A stretch of DNA of 64,000 nt from Gammaproteobacteria bacterium (GCA_963662545.2 CAXXLL010000002.1:2400001-2464000); one strand, 5' to 3'. Positions 50,246 through 61,074 are shown, counted from the first letter of the stretch. Made by a program: numbers and translations. The notes: generated by a model not told the origin, from the sequence alone.

Positions 50246-52810
50246 CTAGATCGACCGCGCGACCTCAACCCGTTCGAAAACTTCGATCTGGTCGCCGGCT
50301 TTAACGTCGTTGTAGTTCTTGACCCCGATTCCACACTCGGTACCGGAGCGCACCTCGTTTACGTCATCCTTAAACCGCCGCAAAGATTCGAGTTCTCCTT
50401 CGTAGACCACGACATTCTCCCGCAGCACCCGAATCGGACTGCTCCGCTTGACGATGCCCTCGGACACGATGCAGCCGGCGATCGCACCGAGTTGCGAAGA
50501 TCGAAAAACGTCCTTTACCTGGGCGATGCCGATAATCGATTCGCGAATTTCCGGTGACAGCAGCCCATTGAGCGCGGCCTTGACATCGTCGATCACTTCG
50601 TAGATGACACTGTAGTAGCGCAGGTCCAAGCCCTCTTCCTCGACTAATCTGCGTGCGGCCGAATCGGCACGCACGTTGAAACCGATGATCGTGGCGCGTG
50701 CGGCCAAGGCCAGATTAACGTCAGACTCGTTGATTCCACCCACACCCGTCGACACGAAATTGACATGGACCTCTTCGTTGCCGAGCTTGAGCAGAGCATC
50801 CGAAAGCGCCTCGCTCGAACCCTGCACATCCGCTTTCAAGAGAATTCGCACCGATGACTGCTCGCCCTCCTTCATCTGCGAGAACATGTTTTCGAGCTTG
50901 GCGGCCTGCTGTCGGGCCAACTTGGAATCGCGATCTTTGCCGACGCGGTAAGACGCTATCTCGCGGGCTTTGCGCTCGTCGTCGACCACCGTTGCCTCGT
51001 CGCCGGCGTTGGGCGTTCCCGATAATCCGAGAACCTCGACGGGATCCGACGGCCCGGCTTCTTCGAGTTGGACGCCACGGGCATCCGTCACCGCCCTGAC
51101 GCGGCCGAATTCGGTACCGGTCAGCAGAATATCGCCGCGCCTCAGTCGCCCGCTTTGAATCAGGACCGTCGCTACCGGGCCGCGCCCCTTGTCCAGCCGC
51201 GATTCAATCACGGTGCCCTTCGCCGGGCCGTTCGCTACGGCCTTGAGCTCGAGGACTTCCGCCTGCAATGAAATCGCTTCCAGCAATCCATCGATGCCTT
51301 CGCCCGTCGTCGCCGAGACGTTGACAAACTGCGTGTCGCCGCCCCAGTCCTCCGGAATGACCTCGCGATTCGCCATCTCTTGCTTGATGCGCTCGGGATC
51401 GGCATCCGGTTTGTCGATCTTGTTGACCGCCACGATCATGGGAACACCGCCGGCCTTGGCATGATTCAGCGCCTCCTCGGTTTGCGGCATCACGCCGTCA
51501 TCCGCGGCCACGACGAGGATGACGATATCGGTGACTTTCGCACCGCGTGCACGCATCGCGGTAAAAGCCTCATGGCCAGGCGTATCGATAAAAGTGATCG
51601 CACCCGAGTCAATTTCAACTCGGTAGGCACCGATGTGCTGGGTAATCCCACCCGCTTCGCCGGCCGCGACGCGGGATTTCCGAATATAGTCGAGCAATGA
51701 AGTTTTACCGTGGTCGACATGCCCCATGATGGTGACGACCGGAGGCCGCGGCTCGACTTCACCCTGATCTGGCGTTACTTCCCGCAGTTCCTCTTCGATC
51801 GCATTTTCGCGAATGATCTTCGCCCGGTGTCCCATTTCCTCGACCACGATCGTGGCGGTATCCTGATCGATGACTTGGTTGATAGTCACCATGCTGCCGA
51901 GGTTCATCATCGCCTTGATGACCTCGGCTGCCTTGACCGACATGCGCTGCGCAAGTTCGGCGACGGTCAGGCTTTCAGGGATCGCCACATCACGCACAAC
52001 GGGCTCCGTCGGGCGTTCGAAAGCGTGTTTCGCGGTGGTTGGAGCGACGACGCGGCGCGCCGTTGGTCTCTTGCGCCGACGACCGGTTTTATCGCTCGCA
52101 ACGTGCAGCTCCTTGCGTCCAAAGCGGGTATCACGATCCTCGCGTTCGCGGCCTTTGGATTTCTGCGATCCCTTCTTCTTATCCGGCGCGGGCGGCTCGC
52201 CCGGCCTCGGACGTGAGGCGGCTGGGTCGATCTCCGCAGGCGGTGGCGCAGACTGCTGTGCCTTGGCCTCGACACGGGCACGTTCCTGCGCGGCAGCGGC
52301 CTCCACCACACGCCGTTCTTCTTCTTCACGCTGTTGAATTTCGGCTTCTTTGCGGGCGCGTTCAGCCTCAATGCGCTCTTCTTCCGCCCGGACTTGGGCT
52401 TCTTCTTCGGCCTTGACGCGATCGCGCTCGGCCGTCTCTTTTTCGATCCGCACCGCTTCCTCTTCGGCAACGACGCTACGTTTGACGTAAGTTCTCTTCT
52501 TCCTGACTTCGACGCTGACGGTCTTACCGACTACCGCTCTGGGACCGCGCGCCCGCAGCCGCCCTCGTTCTGCGGGAACTTTGAGTTCGCTGAGGGTCTT
52601 GCGCTGCATTGTAATTTTCGAGGGCTCCAAAGCCGCCTCGTTTTTGCCGTGCATCTTGCGCAGGTAGGAAAGCAGTCGGCTTTTTTCGTCGTCAGATATC
52701 TTGTCTTCGGGATCCTTCTCGGCAAGGCCTGCTTCGGAGAGCTGCTGCATGAGGCGATCGACGGGAATGCCAACGACGCCGGCGAATTGTTGCACGGTCA
52801 CCTCAGCCAT
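50246..52810 (-). CDS. infB: Translation initiation factor IF-2
   Basis: [32 protein letters not shown]; start MAEVT inferred. Confidence 0.97.
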   Translation of the reverse strand: MAEVTVQQFAGVVGIPVDRLMQQLSEAGLAEKDPEDKISDDEKSRLLSYLRKMHGKNEAALEPSKITMQRKTLSELKVPAERGRLRARGPRAVVGKTVSVEVRKKRTYVKRSVVAEEEAVRIEKETAERDRVKAEEEAQVRAEEERIEAERARKEAEIQQREEEERRVVEAAAAQERARVEAKAQQSAPPPAEIDPAASRPRPGEPPAPDKKKGSQKSKGREREDRDTRFGRKELHVASDKTGRRRKRPTARRVVAPTTAKHAFERPTEPVVRDVAIPESLTVAELAQRMSVKAAEVIKAMMNLGSMVTINQVIDQDTATIVVEEMGHRAKIIRENAIEEELREVTPDQGEVEPRPPVVTIMGHVDHGKTSLLDYIRKSRVAAGEAGGITQHIGAYRVEIDSGAITFIDTPGHEAFTAMRARGAKVTDIVILVVAADDGVMPQTEEALNHAKAGGVPMIVAVNKIDKPDADPERIKQEMANREVIPEDWGGDTQFVNVSATTGEGIDGLLEAISLQAEVLELKAVANGPAKGTVIESRLDKGRGPVATVLIQSGRLRRGDILLTGTEFGRVRAVTDARGVQLEEAGPSDPVEVLGLSGTPNAGDEATVVDDERKAREIASYRVGKDRDSKLARQQAAKLENMFSQMKEGEQSSVRILLKADVQGSSEALSDALLKLGNEEVHVNFVSTGVGGINESDVNLALAARATIIGFNVRADSAARRLVEEEGLDLRYYSVIYEVIDDVKAALNGLLSPEIRESIIGIAQVKDVFRSSQLGAIAGCIVSEGIVKRSSPIRVLRENVVVYEGELESLRRFKDDVNEVRSGTECGIGVKNYNDVKAGDQIEVFERVEVARSI

Positions 52811-54401
52811 TGACCTGCTCCTCAAGCTCGCTGCTTTGTTCAAGTTCAGCGAACCACGGTTCCCGTGCCTTCATAATCAAAGTGCCAGCGCGTTCTGCTT
52901 CCAAATCCCCCAGCTCGAGCAACTCGTCGACCGACTGTTCTGCCAGGTTGTCCATGGTCAAGATCCCGGCTGCTGCCAAGCGGAACGCAAGGTCTTCGTC
53001 CATGCCTTCCATGGTCAACAGATCGTCGGCCGGACGTGCATCGCCGATGCGCTCTTCATTGGCGATGGCGCGCGTCAACAAAAGGTCTTTCGCGCGTTGC
53101 CGCAATTCCAGCACCAGCGCTTTGTCGAATTCCTCGACATCGATCATTTCCTGCTCCGGGACGTAGGCAACTTCCTCGATCGAAATAAAGCCCTCCTGCA
53201 CGAGAATGATCGCGACTTCCTCGTCGACATCGAGTAAGTCCATGAACATCTGCTGGTTCTTTTGCTGGTCTTCCTCGCCCTTCTGGACCGCGTCGGTCTC
53301 GGTCATCACGTTGAGTTCCCAGCCCGTGAGCTTGCTCGCCAGACGTACGTTTTGCCCATTCCTGCCGATCGCCTGGGACAACTGATCCTCGACCACCGCC
53401 ACATCCATGGTGCGTGTGTCTTCGTCGACCAGTATGGAGACGACCTCGGCGGGTGACATCGCATTGATTACGAATTGGGCCGGATTTTCATCCCACAGGA
53501 TGATATCCACGCGTTCACCGCCGAGTTCATTTGAAACCGCCTGCACCCGTGAGCCGCGCATGCCGACGCAGGCGCCGACCGGGTCGATGCGCGGATCGTT
53601 GCTCCTGACCGCGATTTTCGCGCGTAACCCGGGATCCCGCGCGGCTTCCAGCACGTCGATCACGCCTTCTCCAATTTCGGGCACTTCGAGCTTAAACAGC
53701 TCGATCAGCAGTTCTTTGACCGTGCGGCTGACGAACAATTGCGGTCCGCGCTTCTCGGAACGCACGTCGAAAAGATATCCCCTGATGCGGTCTCCAGCGC
53801 GGATCAGTTCGCGCGGAATGAGTTGATCCTTGAGGATCGCGGCTTCCGCGTTGCCGCCGAGATCGATGAATACGTTGCTGCGCTCAACCCGCTTGACCAC
53901 GCCCATGACGAGTTCGCCGACGCGATCTTGATAGGCCTCGACCACCTGCGCTCGCTCGGCTTCGCGAACTTTCTGCACGATGACCTGCTTGGCCGTCTGC
54001 GCTGCGATGCGGCCAAATTCGGCGGCCTCTAGCGGCGCTTCGATGAAATCGCCGCGATTCAACGCGGCTTGATCTTTGCGCGCGTCTGCGAGCCAGATTT
54101 GACGATCCGGGTAGGGCAGTTCACCGGCGGCAATCATCGCGGCCGCTTCCTGCGCTTCTTCGAAACCCTCTTCTTCCTCGTCGATCTCCGCTATGTGCTC
54201 GGGATCGACGACTTCCCAACGACGGAACGCCTCATAAGAGCCCGATTCACGGTCGATAGAAACACGACAGTCGATGTCCTCGGTGATGCCCTTCTTGGTC
54301 GCACTGGCGAGCGCAGCTTCGAGGGCATCGAAAATGATGTCCTTGCTGACGCCCTTCTCGGCGGAGACGACATCCACAACTGTTAAGATCTCTTTATCCA
54401 T
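52803..54401 (-). CDS. nusA: Transcription termination/antitermination factor NusA
   Basis: [47 protein letters not shown]. Confidence 0.97.
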   Translation of the reverse strand: MDKEILTVVDVVSAEKGVSKDIIFDALEAALASATKKGITEDIDCRVSIDRESGSYEAFRRWEVVDPEHIAEIDEEEEGFEEAQEAAAMIAAGELPYPDRQIWLADARKDQAALNRGDFIEAPLEAAEFGRIAAQTAKQVIVQKVREAERAQVVEAYQDRVGELVMGVVKRVERSNVFIDLGGNAEAAILKDQLIPRELIRAGDRIRGYLFDVRSEKRGPQLFVSRTVKELLIELFKLEVPEIGEGVIDVLEAARDPGLRAKIAVRSNDPRIDPVGACVGMRGSRVQAVSNELGGERVDIILWDENPAQFVINAMSPAEVVSILVDEDTRTMDVAVVEDQLSQAIGRNGQNVRLASKLTGWELNVMTETDAVQKGEEDQQKNQQMFMDLLDVDEEVAIILVQEGFISIEEVAYVPEQEMIDVEEFDKALVLELRQRAKDLLLTRAIANEERIGDARPADDLLTMEGMDEDLAFRLAAAGILTMDNLAEQSVDELLELGDLEAERAGTLIMKAREPWFAELEQSSELEEQVNG

Positions 54402-54565
54402 CGGTTCTCTACCTGTTCGGCTTCAAACATCGAGGGCGTATCAACGGCCCCATTTCCATCACTGCCCGCGTTGCTGGCGAGCCACCGGCCGCGACCTTTC
54501 CGTCAGCAATACCGTCATCCAGGGCCGAACAGAAACCGTTGTTCGCGGCACCGCTCGGCGGTTCG

Positions 54566-55045
54566 CTAGCGATCCTTTTTCCCAGCGACGCCTTGTGCAG
54601 ACCATTCCGTCGCGAGCCTGGAGCGCTCCACCAGTCGGAACGGCACCCGGAAAATCTCACCGCCGAGATCCACGACGAGATGGTCGTTATCGATTTCGAC
54701 CAGTACGCCCTGCAAACGCAGGCGTCCCTCGTACAAGGACCGCAACCGCATCGCTATGCGCTCCCCCACAAACCGCCGGTGCTGCTCCAAAGTGAACAGC
54801 GGCCGGTCGATCCCGGGGGAGGAAACTTCCAGCGTGTATTCACCGCGAATCAAACCTTCCACTTCTATCACGTCGCTGACCTGCCGGCTCACACGTTCGC
54901 AGTCTGCTGCGCTGATACCATTGCTCTGATCGATGTACAGCCGCAGCAGCTGCGCGCCGCTCGAGCGAATCCTTTCGATCCCGAGCAACTCGTATCCGAG
55001 CCCACGGACCGTGGGTTCCAGGAGTGTGAGCAACCTGTCTGCCAC
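54566..55045 (-). CDS. rimP: Ribosome maturation factor RimP
   Basis: LRLYID, DCERVS, YTLEVSSPGIDRPL. Confidence 0.95.
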   Translation of the reverse strand: MADRLLTLLEPTVRGLGYELLGIERIRSSGAQLLRLYIDQSNGISAADCERVSRQVSDVIEVEGLIRGEYTLEVSSPGIDRPLFTLEQHRRFVGERIAMRLRSLYEGRLRLQGVLVEIDNDHLVVDLGGEIFRVPFRLVERSRLATEWSAQGVAGKKDR

Positions 55046-55062
55046 GACAAAATCTCCACCCC

Positions 55063-55090
55063 AAAATAAAAAGCCCCGTTTACCCGGGGC
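55063..55090 (-). terminator. Intrinsic terminator between tRNA-fMet and rimP
   Basis: GCCCCG-GGTAAA-CGGGGC then TTTTTATTTT. Confidence 0.75.
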
Positions 55091-55103
55091 CTTTTTGAAT
55101 CCT

Positions 55104-55180
55104 TGGTAGCGGGGGCAGGATTTGAACCTGCGACCTTCGGGTTATGAGCCCGACGAGCTGCCAGACTGCTCCACCCCGCA
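55104..55180 (-). tRNA. Initiator tRNA-fMet (CAT), metY-like position
   Basis: TGCGGGGTGGAGCAG...TCGGGCTCATAACCCGA...GGTTCAAATCC...ACCA; three G-C pairs in the anticodon stem, unpaired 1:72. Confidence 0.96.
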
Positions 55181-55193
55181 ATTGAGGCGCGTG

Positions 55194-55222
55194 ATAATAG
55201 AGATTGCAGGGCCATTATTCAA
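55194..55222 (-). promoter_or_regulatory. Sigma70 promoter of the tRNA-fMet-rimP-nusA-infB operon
   Basis: TTGAAT-17 bp-TATTAT then GC-rich discriminator CACGCGCC. Confidence 0.65.
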
Positions 55223-55250
55223 GGCCCGCTCCGGACTTGCGTGGCTTTAG

Positions 55251-55412
55251 AGAACCTCTGAATAAGTCATGGCACATCTGCCTTGCCCATGAAATCGCGG
55301 AGCCTTACGTTACGAACCTTAGCCCTAGTCCCCGCTATGGGCTGCGATTCGTGCCTTGATCTGCACCATTGCATGAACCATTCAGACGCACCATGACTTA
55401 TTCAGAGGTTCC
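55251..55412 (+). mobile_element. Repeat family A copy 7
   Basis: 162 bp, both TIRs, TTAG direct repeats. Confidence 0.9.
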
Positions 55413-55427
55413 TTAGGCAAACGCGGG

Positions 55428-56723
55428 TCAGCTGATCGAGACGGATCGGCGCTGGCGGCCCCAACTCCCCGCAGCGCTCGAGAAGCGTCCGGCGCACGGC
55501 GTCCCGCAGCGCGGACAGCTCCCGTCGCGTCCGAGCGCATATTCACCGATCTCGTACCAGTGGCGTTGGATCAGCTTGAAATCACAGTGATGGCAGGAAG
55601 TCGCGTCTCCTTCGTCGTCGTGAATATTCCCGGTGTAGACGTAACGCAGTCCATTACTGATCGCGATGGCACGCGCCCGCTTGACAGTTGCGGGCGGTGT
55701 GTGCGGCACATTTCGCATCTTCCAATACCAGTGGCGTTGGATCAGCTTGAAATCACAGTGATGGCAGGAAGTCGCGTCTCCTTCGTCGTCGTGAATATTC
55801 CCGGTGTAGACGTAACGCAGTCCATTACTGATCGCGATGGCACGCGCCCGCTTGACAGTTGCGGGCGGTGTGTGCGGCACATTTCGCATCTTCCAATCGG
55901 GGTGGAACGCACTAAAATGTATGGGAATATCGGGGCCCAACCGTGCGGCTATCCATTGGCTCAATGCTTCGATCTCCCCGGGTGAATCGTTGTAACCAGG
56001 AATCAGCAGCGTCGTTATCTCGAGCCAGGTCGAGCTTTCGTGGACTATGTATTCGAGTGTCTCCAACACCGGTGCCAGCGCGCTTCCCGTGACCTTGCGA
56101 TAAAAATCTTCGCTGAACGCCTTGAGATCGACATTGGCGGCATCCATCACTTCGAAAAACTCCACCCGCGGCTCCGCGCAGATGTATCCCGCCGTGACCG
56201 CGACCGCACAAACCTCCAGTTCGTGGCATGAGCGGGCGACATCGATGGCGTATTCGTGAAATATCACCGGGTCGTTGTAAGTGAAGGCGACGCTGCGGCA
56301 GCCGTGCTCGTGGGCATAAGTCGCGATCGCCTCGGGCGAGGCGTGCGAGGCGAGCGTATCGGTTTCCCGCGACTTGCTGATGTCCCAGTTCTGGCAGAAT
56401 TTGCAGGCCAGATTGCAACCTGCAGTGCCGAAGGACAACACCGATGAACCGGGGAAAAAATGGTTGAGTGGCTTTTTCTCTATGGGATCGATGCAGAAGC
56501 CGCTCGATCGGCCATAGGTGGTGAGAATGATGCCCTCGCCATCGCGAGCGCGAACGAAACATAGACCGCGCTGCCCGTCGCGTAATTTACAAGCGCGTGG
56601 GCAGAGGTCACACTGCAGACGACCGTCGTCGAGACGATGCCAATAGCGGGTGGGAGCGACGAACGCCGGATCAAAACCGGGATCGCGGGCTAATTCGCTC
56701 ATTTGCGTCCCTCCATAGGTCAA
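55428..56723 (-). CDS. amrS: AmmeMemoRadiSam system radical SAM enzyme, with a 57 aa tandem duplication
   Basis: CDLCPRAC, DPIEKKPLNHF, CNLACKFC (CxxxCxxC); divergent from amrB/amrA; start may be 56702. Confidence 0.93.
   Translation of the reverse strand: MTYGGTQMSELARDPGFDPAFVAPTRYWHRLDDGRLQCDLCPRACKLRDGQRGLCFVRARDGEGIILTTYGRSSGFCIDPIEKKPLNHFFPGSSVLSFGTAGCNLACKFCQNWDISKSRETDTLASHASPEAIATYAHEHGCRSVAFTYNDPVIFHEYAIDVARSCHELEVCAVAVTAGYICAEPRVEFFEVMDAANVDLKAFSEDFYRKVTGSALAPVLETLEYIVHESSTWLEITTLLIPGYNDSPGEIEALSQWIAARLGPDIPIHFSAFHPDWKMRNVPHTPPATVKRARAIAISNGLRYVYTGNIHDDEGDATSCHHCDFKLIQRHWYWKMRNVPHTPPATVKRARAIAISNGLRYVYTGNIHDDEGDATSCHHCDFKLIQRHWYEIGEYALGRDGSCPRCGTPCAGRFSSAAGSWGRQRRSVSIS
55555..55896. 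repeat. Exact 171 bp tandem duplication inside amrS
   Basis: Units 55555-55725 and 55726-55896 read identically. Confidence 0.93.
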
Positions 56724-56868
56724 AAACCCGGTGGATCAGCACCGAAGCAGATTGAAAAATGACGCGTTCTAGCATTTCAACATTCTGATAATCCTACGAT
56801 TTTCACAGGTACTATAATTCCCGAAGCTGAAGTAACTATAGCGCACTGGAGCCGCTGGCGAAGACCTC

Positions 56869-57657
56869 GTGATCACTTCCCGACCCCCTGCCGTCGCCGG
56901 CATGTTTTACGCTGCCGACCCGGCCGAACTGCGCCGCGATGTCAACGCGCTGCTCGACGGCGTCGCCGTGCCACCGGGTGAACGCCCGCGCGTACTCGTA
57001 GCACCTCACGCGGGTTATGTTTATTCCGGCGCCGTGGCGGCAGAGGCTTATGCCAGGCTGCGGGCCTGGCGCGATTCGATCTCCCGGGTCGTAATCCTTG
57101 GACCGGCGCATCGAGTGCCGCTCAAGTGCATCGGGATTTCGAGCAAGGACGCGTTTGATACGCCGCTCGGCCCCGTTGCCATCGACACCGACGAGATAAC
57201 ACGTTTGCTTGAGCTGAGTCAGGTAGAAGTCAACGATCGGGCCCACGCCCCCGAGCATTCGCTCGAGGTGCACCTGCCTTTCCTGCAATGCGTGCTGAGC
57301 GATTTCAAAATCGTGCCGCTGATCGTCGGCGAAGCGGCACCCGCAGAGGTGGCCGACCTCACGCAGCGATGGTGGGATGACGACGCTACGGTCGTCGTCA
57401 TCAGTACCGATCTCAGCCATTTTCTCGACTACGACACAGCGCGGCGGGTAGACGGTATTACCGACGAATGGATCAGAGGCTTCGAATACGAATCCATCGG
57501 ACCCGAACACGCCTGCGGCTGCCGCCCGCTGAATGGCATGCTGCAATTCGCGCGTTTGCGCGATGCGCATATCGAACGCTTGAAGCTGTGCAATTCGGGG
57601 GACACTGCCGGTTCGCGCGACCGTGTCGTCGGCTACGCGTCTTATGCTTTGCGCTGA
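56869..57657 (+). CDS. amrB: AmmeMemoRadiSam system protein B (MEMO1 family)
   Basis: RPPAVAGMFY, PHAGYVYSG, EHSLEVHLPFLQ, STDLSH, VVGYA. Confidence 0.93.
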   Translation: MITSRPPAVAGMFYAADPAELRRDVNALLDGVAVPPGERPRVLVAPHAGYVYSGAVAAEAYARLRAWRDSISRVVILGPAHRVPLKCIGISSKDAFDTPLGPVAIDTDEITRLLELSQVEVNDRAHAPEHSLEVHLPFLQCVLSDFKIVPLIVGEAAPAEVADLTQRWWDDDATVVVISTDLSHFLDYDTARRVDGITDEWIRGFEYESIGPEHACGCRPLNGMLQFARLRDAHIERLKLCNSGDTAGSRDRVVGYASYALR

Positions 57658-58237
57658 GGCCGAGCTCATCGAGCGGCCCCGTCTGCAGGAACTAGCCGAG
57701 ATCGCGGTTAACTCGATTCACCACGGTTTGGAGCACGGACGTCCATTAGTCCGGGAGCCGCGCTCCGTGAGCGATACCCTGCGGGCGACAGGGGCATCTT
57801 TCGTCACCTTGAAACAGGACGGCGCCTTGAGGGGGTGCATTGGCTCGCTCGAGCGGCGTCGCGCCTTGGCCGAGGACGTCGCGGAGAACGCGTTTGCCGC
57901 GGCATTTCGCGATCCTCGGTTTCCGGGTTTGAAACGAGGTGAACTCGAGGTGACCATCGCGGAAGTCTCGGTCCTCTCCCACGCCGTGAAGCTCGAGTTC
58001 GACGACGAACAGGATCTCTTGACGCGATTGCGGCCCGGCATCGACGGACTTATTGTCGACCACGCAGGCCGGCGCGCGACCTACCTGCCGAGCGTGTGGG
58101 AACAGCTGCCCGATCCGCAGTCCTTCATCGACCAGCTACGATGCAAAGCGGGCATCGAAGCCGGCGTAGATCTTACCGCCATAAACGTGTCCCGCTACAC
58201 AGCGCAATACTCGGATCGGGTCCATCTTGCACTCTGA
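57644..58237 (+). CDS. amrA: AmmeMemoRadiSam system protein A (AMMECR1 family)
   Basis: ASFVTL, LRGCIG, AAFRDPRF, ATYLPSVW; start inferred. Confidence 0.92.
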   Translation: MLCAEAELIERPRLQELAEIAVNSIHHGLEHGRPLVREPRSVSDTLRATGASFVTLKQDGALRGCIGSLERRRALAEDVAENAFAAAFRDPRFPGLKRGELEVTIAEVSVLSHAVKLEFDDEQDLLTRLRPGIDGLIVDHAGRRATYLPSVWEQLPDPQSFIDQLRCKAGIEAGVDLTAINVSRYTAQYSDRVHLAL

Positions 58238-58290
58238 GGCGGCGTCCGAAACGCCGTTCCGAACGACAGGATGCAAGTAAGAAATCCGGG

Positions 58291-59175
58291 CTACCGTGCG
58301 ATACAAGCGCCGATCGAATCGCGACGGCAGGTCCGGCCGTCGACCCAGATTGCGTTCGCCAGCTGCGCACCGGTAAGATCGGCGCCCGCGATCAACGCTC
58401 CCGACAGATCAGCAAACCGCAAGTCGGTACCCACCATCCGCGCATGGCCTAGTTTTGCGTGGCTAAGATTAGCGCCCACCATGCGTGCACCGCTCAAATT
58501 GGACAAACTCAGATCTGCGCCCGTCAAATCAGCGTAGGCCAGATTCGCGCCCGTGAGATCAGATCCTGCGATGACGGCGCCGACCAGCTTTGCATTGCGT
58601 GCTGAGAGCTTAACGAGGCTGCGATCGCCGATGCGAACGCCCGGCTTGTTGCAGAAATCCCAATTCACCTGTGCCGCAGCGGGTACCAGGCAGTCAGCCG
58701 AGCTCTGTTCGGTAGGCATCGAAAGGGCGACAGCGAGTATGAGGACCGTGATCAGCAAGGCTGCCGTTGCAATCATCGGCCCCCGCGTGCCCTGCGAGTG
58801 GGTTTTCAACCCGGCCCATATGCGCTCCGATCGTGCGCGGCGTTCAAGAACCTCGGCTGATTCGTGACTGCGGCGCTCGCTTCCGCCACGCTGTTCCTCA
58901 GCGGCGTGCGCTGGACCGGGACCCGGCGCACGGCGATCACCGCGACGCTCATCGAAAACCGCGAGCGCTACGCGCTCGCCATCGCAGCGCGCCGAATTCA
59001 ATCTGTCACGAAACGCCTTGACGCGCCGCCACCGGGACCGGTCCTCGCTAAGACGATCGTTATCGCGGATCCGTCCCAGCGCTACGTACGCGTCGATCGA
59101 TTCCCAACGAAAAGGACCCTTCACCTCATCGCCGCGTTTCACATACCAGAGACCGGGTTGCGTCTTCTTAGTCAT
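58291..59175 (-). CDS. Membrane protein with GYF_2-like N-terminus and pentapeptide repeats
   Basis: WYVKRGDEVKGPF, central TM helix, A(D/N)Lxx repeats. Confidence 0.82.
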   Translation of the reverse strand: MTKKTQPGLWYVKRGDEVKGPFRWESIDAYVALGRIRDNDRLSEDRSRWRRVKAFRDRLNSARCDGERVALAVFDERRGDRRAPGPGPAHAAEEQRGGSERRSHESAEVLERRARSERIWAGLKTHSQGTRGPMIATAALLITVLILAVALSMPTEQSSADCLVPAAAQVNWDFCNKPGVRIGDRSLVKLSARNAKLVGAVIAGSDLTGANLAYADLTGADLSLSNLSGARMVGANLSHAKLGHARMVGTDLRFADLSGALIAGADLTGAQLANAIWVDGRTCRRDSIGACIAR

Positions 59176-59355
59176 CGCCGTTGTATAGAAATCCGTGTTC
59201 TAAATGTCTGCTGCTTCGTCTGCCTTTTAGAGAGCTCGAGGACGTCCCGGGCGCTTCTCGCAAGTCTCGCGCCGTCATCCGGCAACGAACGTTAAAGCGG
59301 CTCGCCCCCTGAAGCCCATTGTCAAGTTTCATATTCAAATGCCGCTGTACAGGGC

Positions 59356-60597
59356 ATGCAGATCAACCTTCCGGGCAACCTGGTTCCCGCGCTGCCAACA
59401 CGCCCGGCGGCAACCCTACCGTGGGTGGTCAATCAGCTACTATCCGCTCAGGTTATCGGCCAGCCTCGGGCAAACTATACGCGGCTGGACATCGCCGGCC
59501 GGGTGATCACGGCACGAACCGAACTGCCCCTTATTACGGGCCAGAAACTCGCGTTGCGCGTCGCACATTCCGGACCCATAGTTGTGCTGAAGGTCCTCAG
59601 CCATGTCGCGGCCAGCAAACCCACTTCGATAAACCGTGTACTGGCTCGCGTCCTGCCCGGGCAGTCGTCCCTGCCCGAAACAATCCGCTTGTGGCGCGAA
59701 TTGGGTACACTCGCCCGCAGCACGACGGCGCTACCCGGGACGCGCGTATCGAATAGTCCGTTAACCGCCCTCCGTGAACGGGCCACGGAGTTCCTGCGCG
59801 CCTTGCCACTCGCACGCGATGTAACGTCGCCGAATACCTTGCGCGCCGCCGTCAAGCAAACCGTGATACCGACCGAAGCCAAGCTGTATGCCTCGACGCC
59901 CGCATGGCTGCACCCTGACCTCAGTCTCGACGTTCGCTGGCTAATCATGCGCGTCGGCCAGCAGCTCAATCACCTAGCGCCCGAAAAAGACTTTGCTAAA
60001 CCAAGCCCACGGCGCGGTTCGCAAACCGCAGAACCACGCGCCCAAGCGCGCCTGTTAAGAACCGCTGCTCCAGAGAAGACGGCGCACACCGGCGAAAGTT
60101 CGCAACCACGCCTGCCCGGAGTAGAGAGTACAGCTGCCGATTTGCGCCAATTGATAGACAGCGCGGTGGCGCGCATTCAAGCCAACCAATTACAGAATCT
60201 CGCGCTACCATCCGCAACAACGGGACCGTTGGTCATCGAACTGCCAATCGCGCGCGGCACCGAGGTCGATTTGCTGCGGTTCGAGTACGCGCCCGACGGA
60301 GACGCACAGCATGAAGGTGAAGAAAAGGCAACGCGGCGAGCGAGGCTTACCGTAAGCCTGCACATGGGCCAAGACCACGACTTCACTGCAGAAATACGCC
60401 TCGCGGGCACGTCGATGAACATTCGCGTCGGTTCGAACAACCCGACGATGAACGCACTGCTGGAACGGCGGCTCGACGTATTGCGCGCGGGCATCGAACG
60501 GCACGGATTCGACCTGTCCCGACTCGTGGTCGGACCTGTCGAGATTTGCACGTCCCCGCGCTCGATTCCGAATCACCTGGTGGATGATCGCATTTAA
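59356..60597 (+). CDS. FliK-like (hook-length control domain) protein
   Basis: ARIQANQL, ELPI and a C-terminal beta-rich module; directly upstream of an FlhB-C-like gene. Confidence 0.6.
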   Translation: MQINLPGNLVPALPTRPAATLPWVVNQLLSAQVIGQPRANYTRLDIAGRVITARTELPLITGQKLALRVAHSGPIVVLKVLSHVAASKPTSINRVLARVLPGQSSLPETIRLWRELGTLARSTTALPGTRVSNSPLTALRERATEFLRALPLARDVTSPNTLRAAVKQTVIPTEAKLYASTPAWLHPDLSLDVRWLIMRVGQQLNHLAPEKDFAKPSPRRGSQTAEPRAQARLLRTAAPEKTAHTGESSQPRLPGVESTAADLRQLIDSAVARIQANQLQNLALPSATTGPLVIELPIARGTEVDLLRFEYAPDGDAQHEGEEKATRRARLTVSLHMGQDHDFTAEIRLAGTSMNIRVGSNNPTMNALLERRLDVLRAGIERHGFDLSRLVVGPVEICTSPRSIPNHLVDDRI

Positions 60598-60600
60598 ATT

Positions 60601-60924
60601 ATGAACAGGGCTAGCCCGCGTTTCCCACCACGGCCAGTCGCCCTCGCCGTCGCTTTACAATGGGACGGCGAGGCCGCACCGCGAGTCACGGCGAAAGGGT
60701 GCGGCGAAATCGCCGAACACATCATACAGGTGGCACGCCAGCATGGCGTTCCGCTGGAGGACGATCGGGAAATCGCAGAGATACTCGCCCAGGTCGACCT
60801 CGGCGCGCAGATTCCACAAGCCTTGTTCGTCGCCGTGGCCGAGATCATCGCGTTTGCATACATGGTTCGCGGCCAGCTACCCGATTCAGCTGCGCTTGAG
60901 GGGGATGAGCTAACAGGTTGTTGA
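60601..60924 (+). CDS. FlhB/EscU C-terminal-like small protein
   Basis: AVALQWD..APRVTAKG.GEIAE.II, IPQALFVAVAEII; stop supplied by repeat B. Confidence 0.88.
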   Translation: MNRASPRFPPRPVALAVALQWDGEAAPRVTAKGCGEIAEHIIQVARQHGVPLEDDREIAEILAQVDLGAQIPQALFVAVAEIIAFAYMVRGQLPDSAALEGDELTGC

Positions 60925-61074
60925 AAAACTCGTTTTTCGACAGCCTGTGCCCGGCACAGGGATGTGCCGGCATCAATCGAGCACGCTATGTGCTTGATTG
61001 ATGGAGCAAGACGGAAACCGCGTTTTCGTCTTGCGAGTTGAAAAACGATAGGGACATCGTTTTTCAACAACCTG
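60914..61074 (-). mobile_element. Repeat family B copy 2
   Basis: Reverse complement of 8706-8866; flanks CTAA/CTAG. Confidence 0.88.

Noticed and set aside
1904-55412. Family A repeats as a CRISPR array
   Set aside because: Copies are dispersed, about 162 bp, with TIRs and target duplications; there are no regular repeat-spacer units and no cas genes.
55104-55420. Genomic island integrated at tRNA-fMet
   Set aside because: No duplicated tRNA 3' end or integrase; the tRNA is followed by its normal terminator and rimP.
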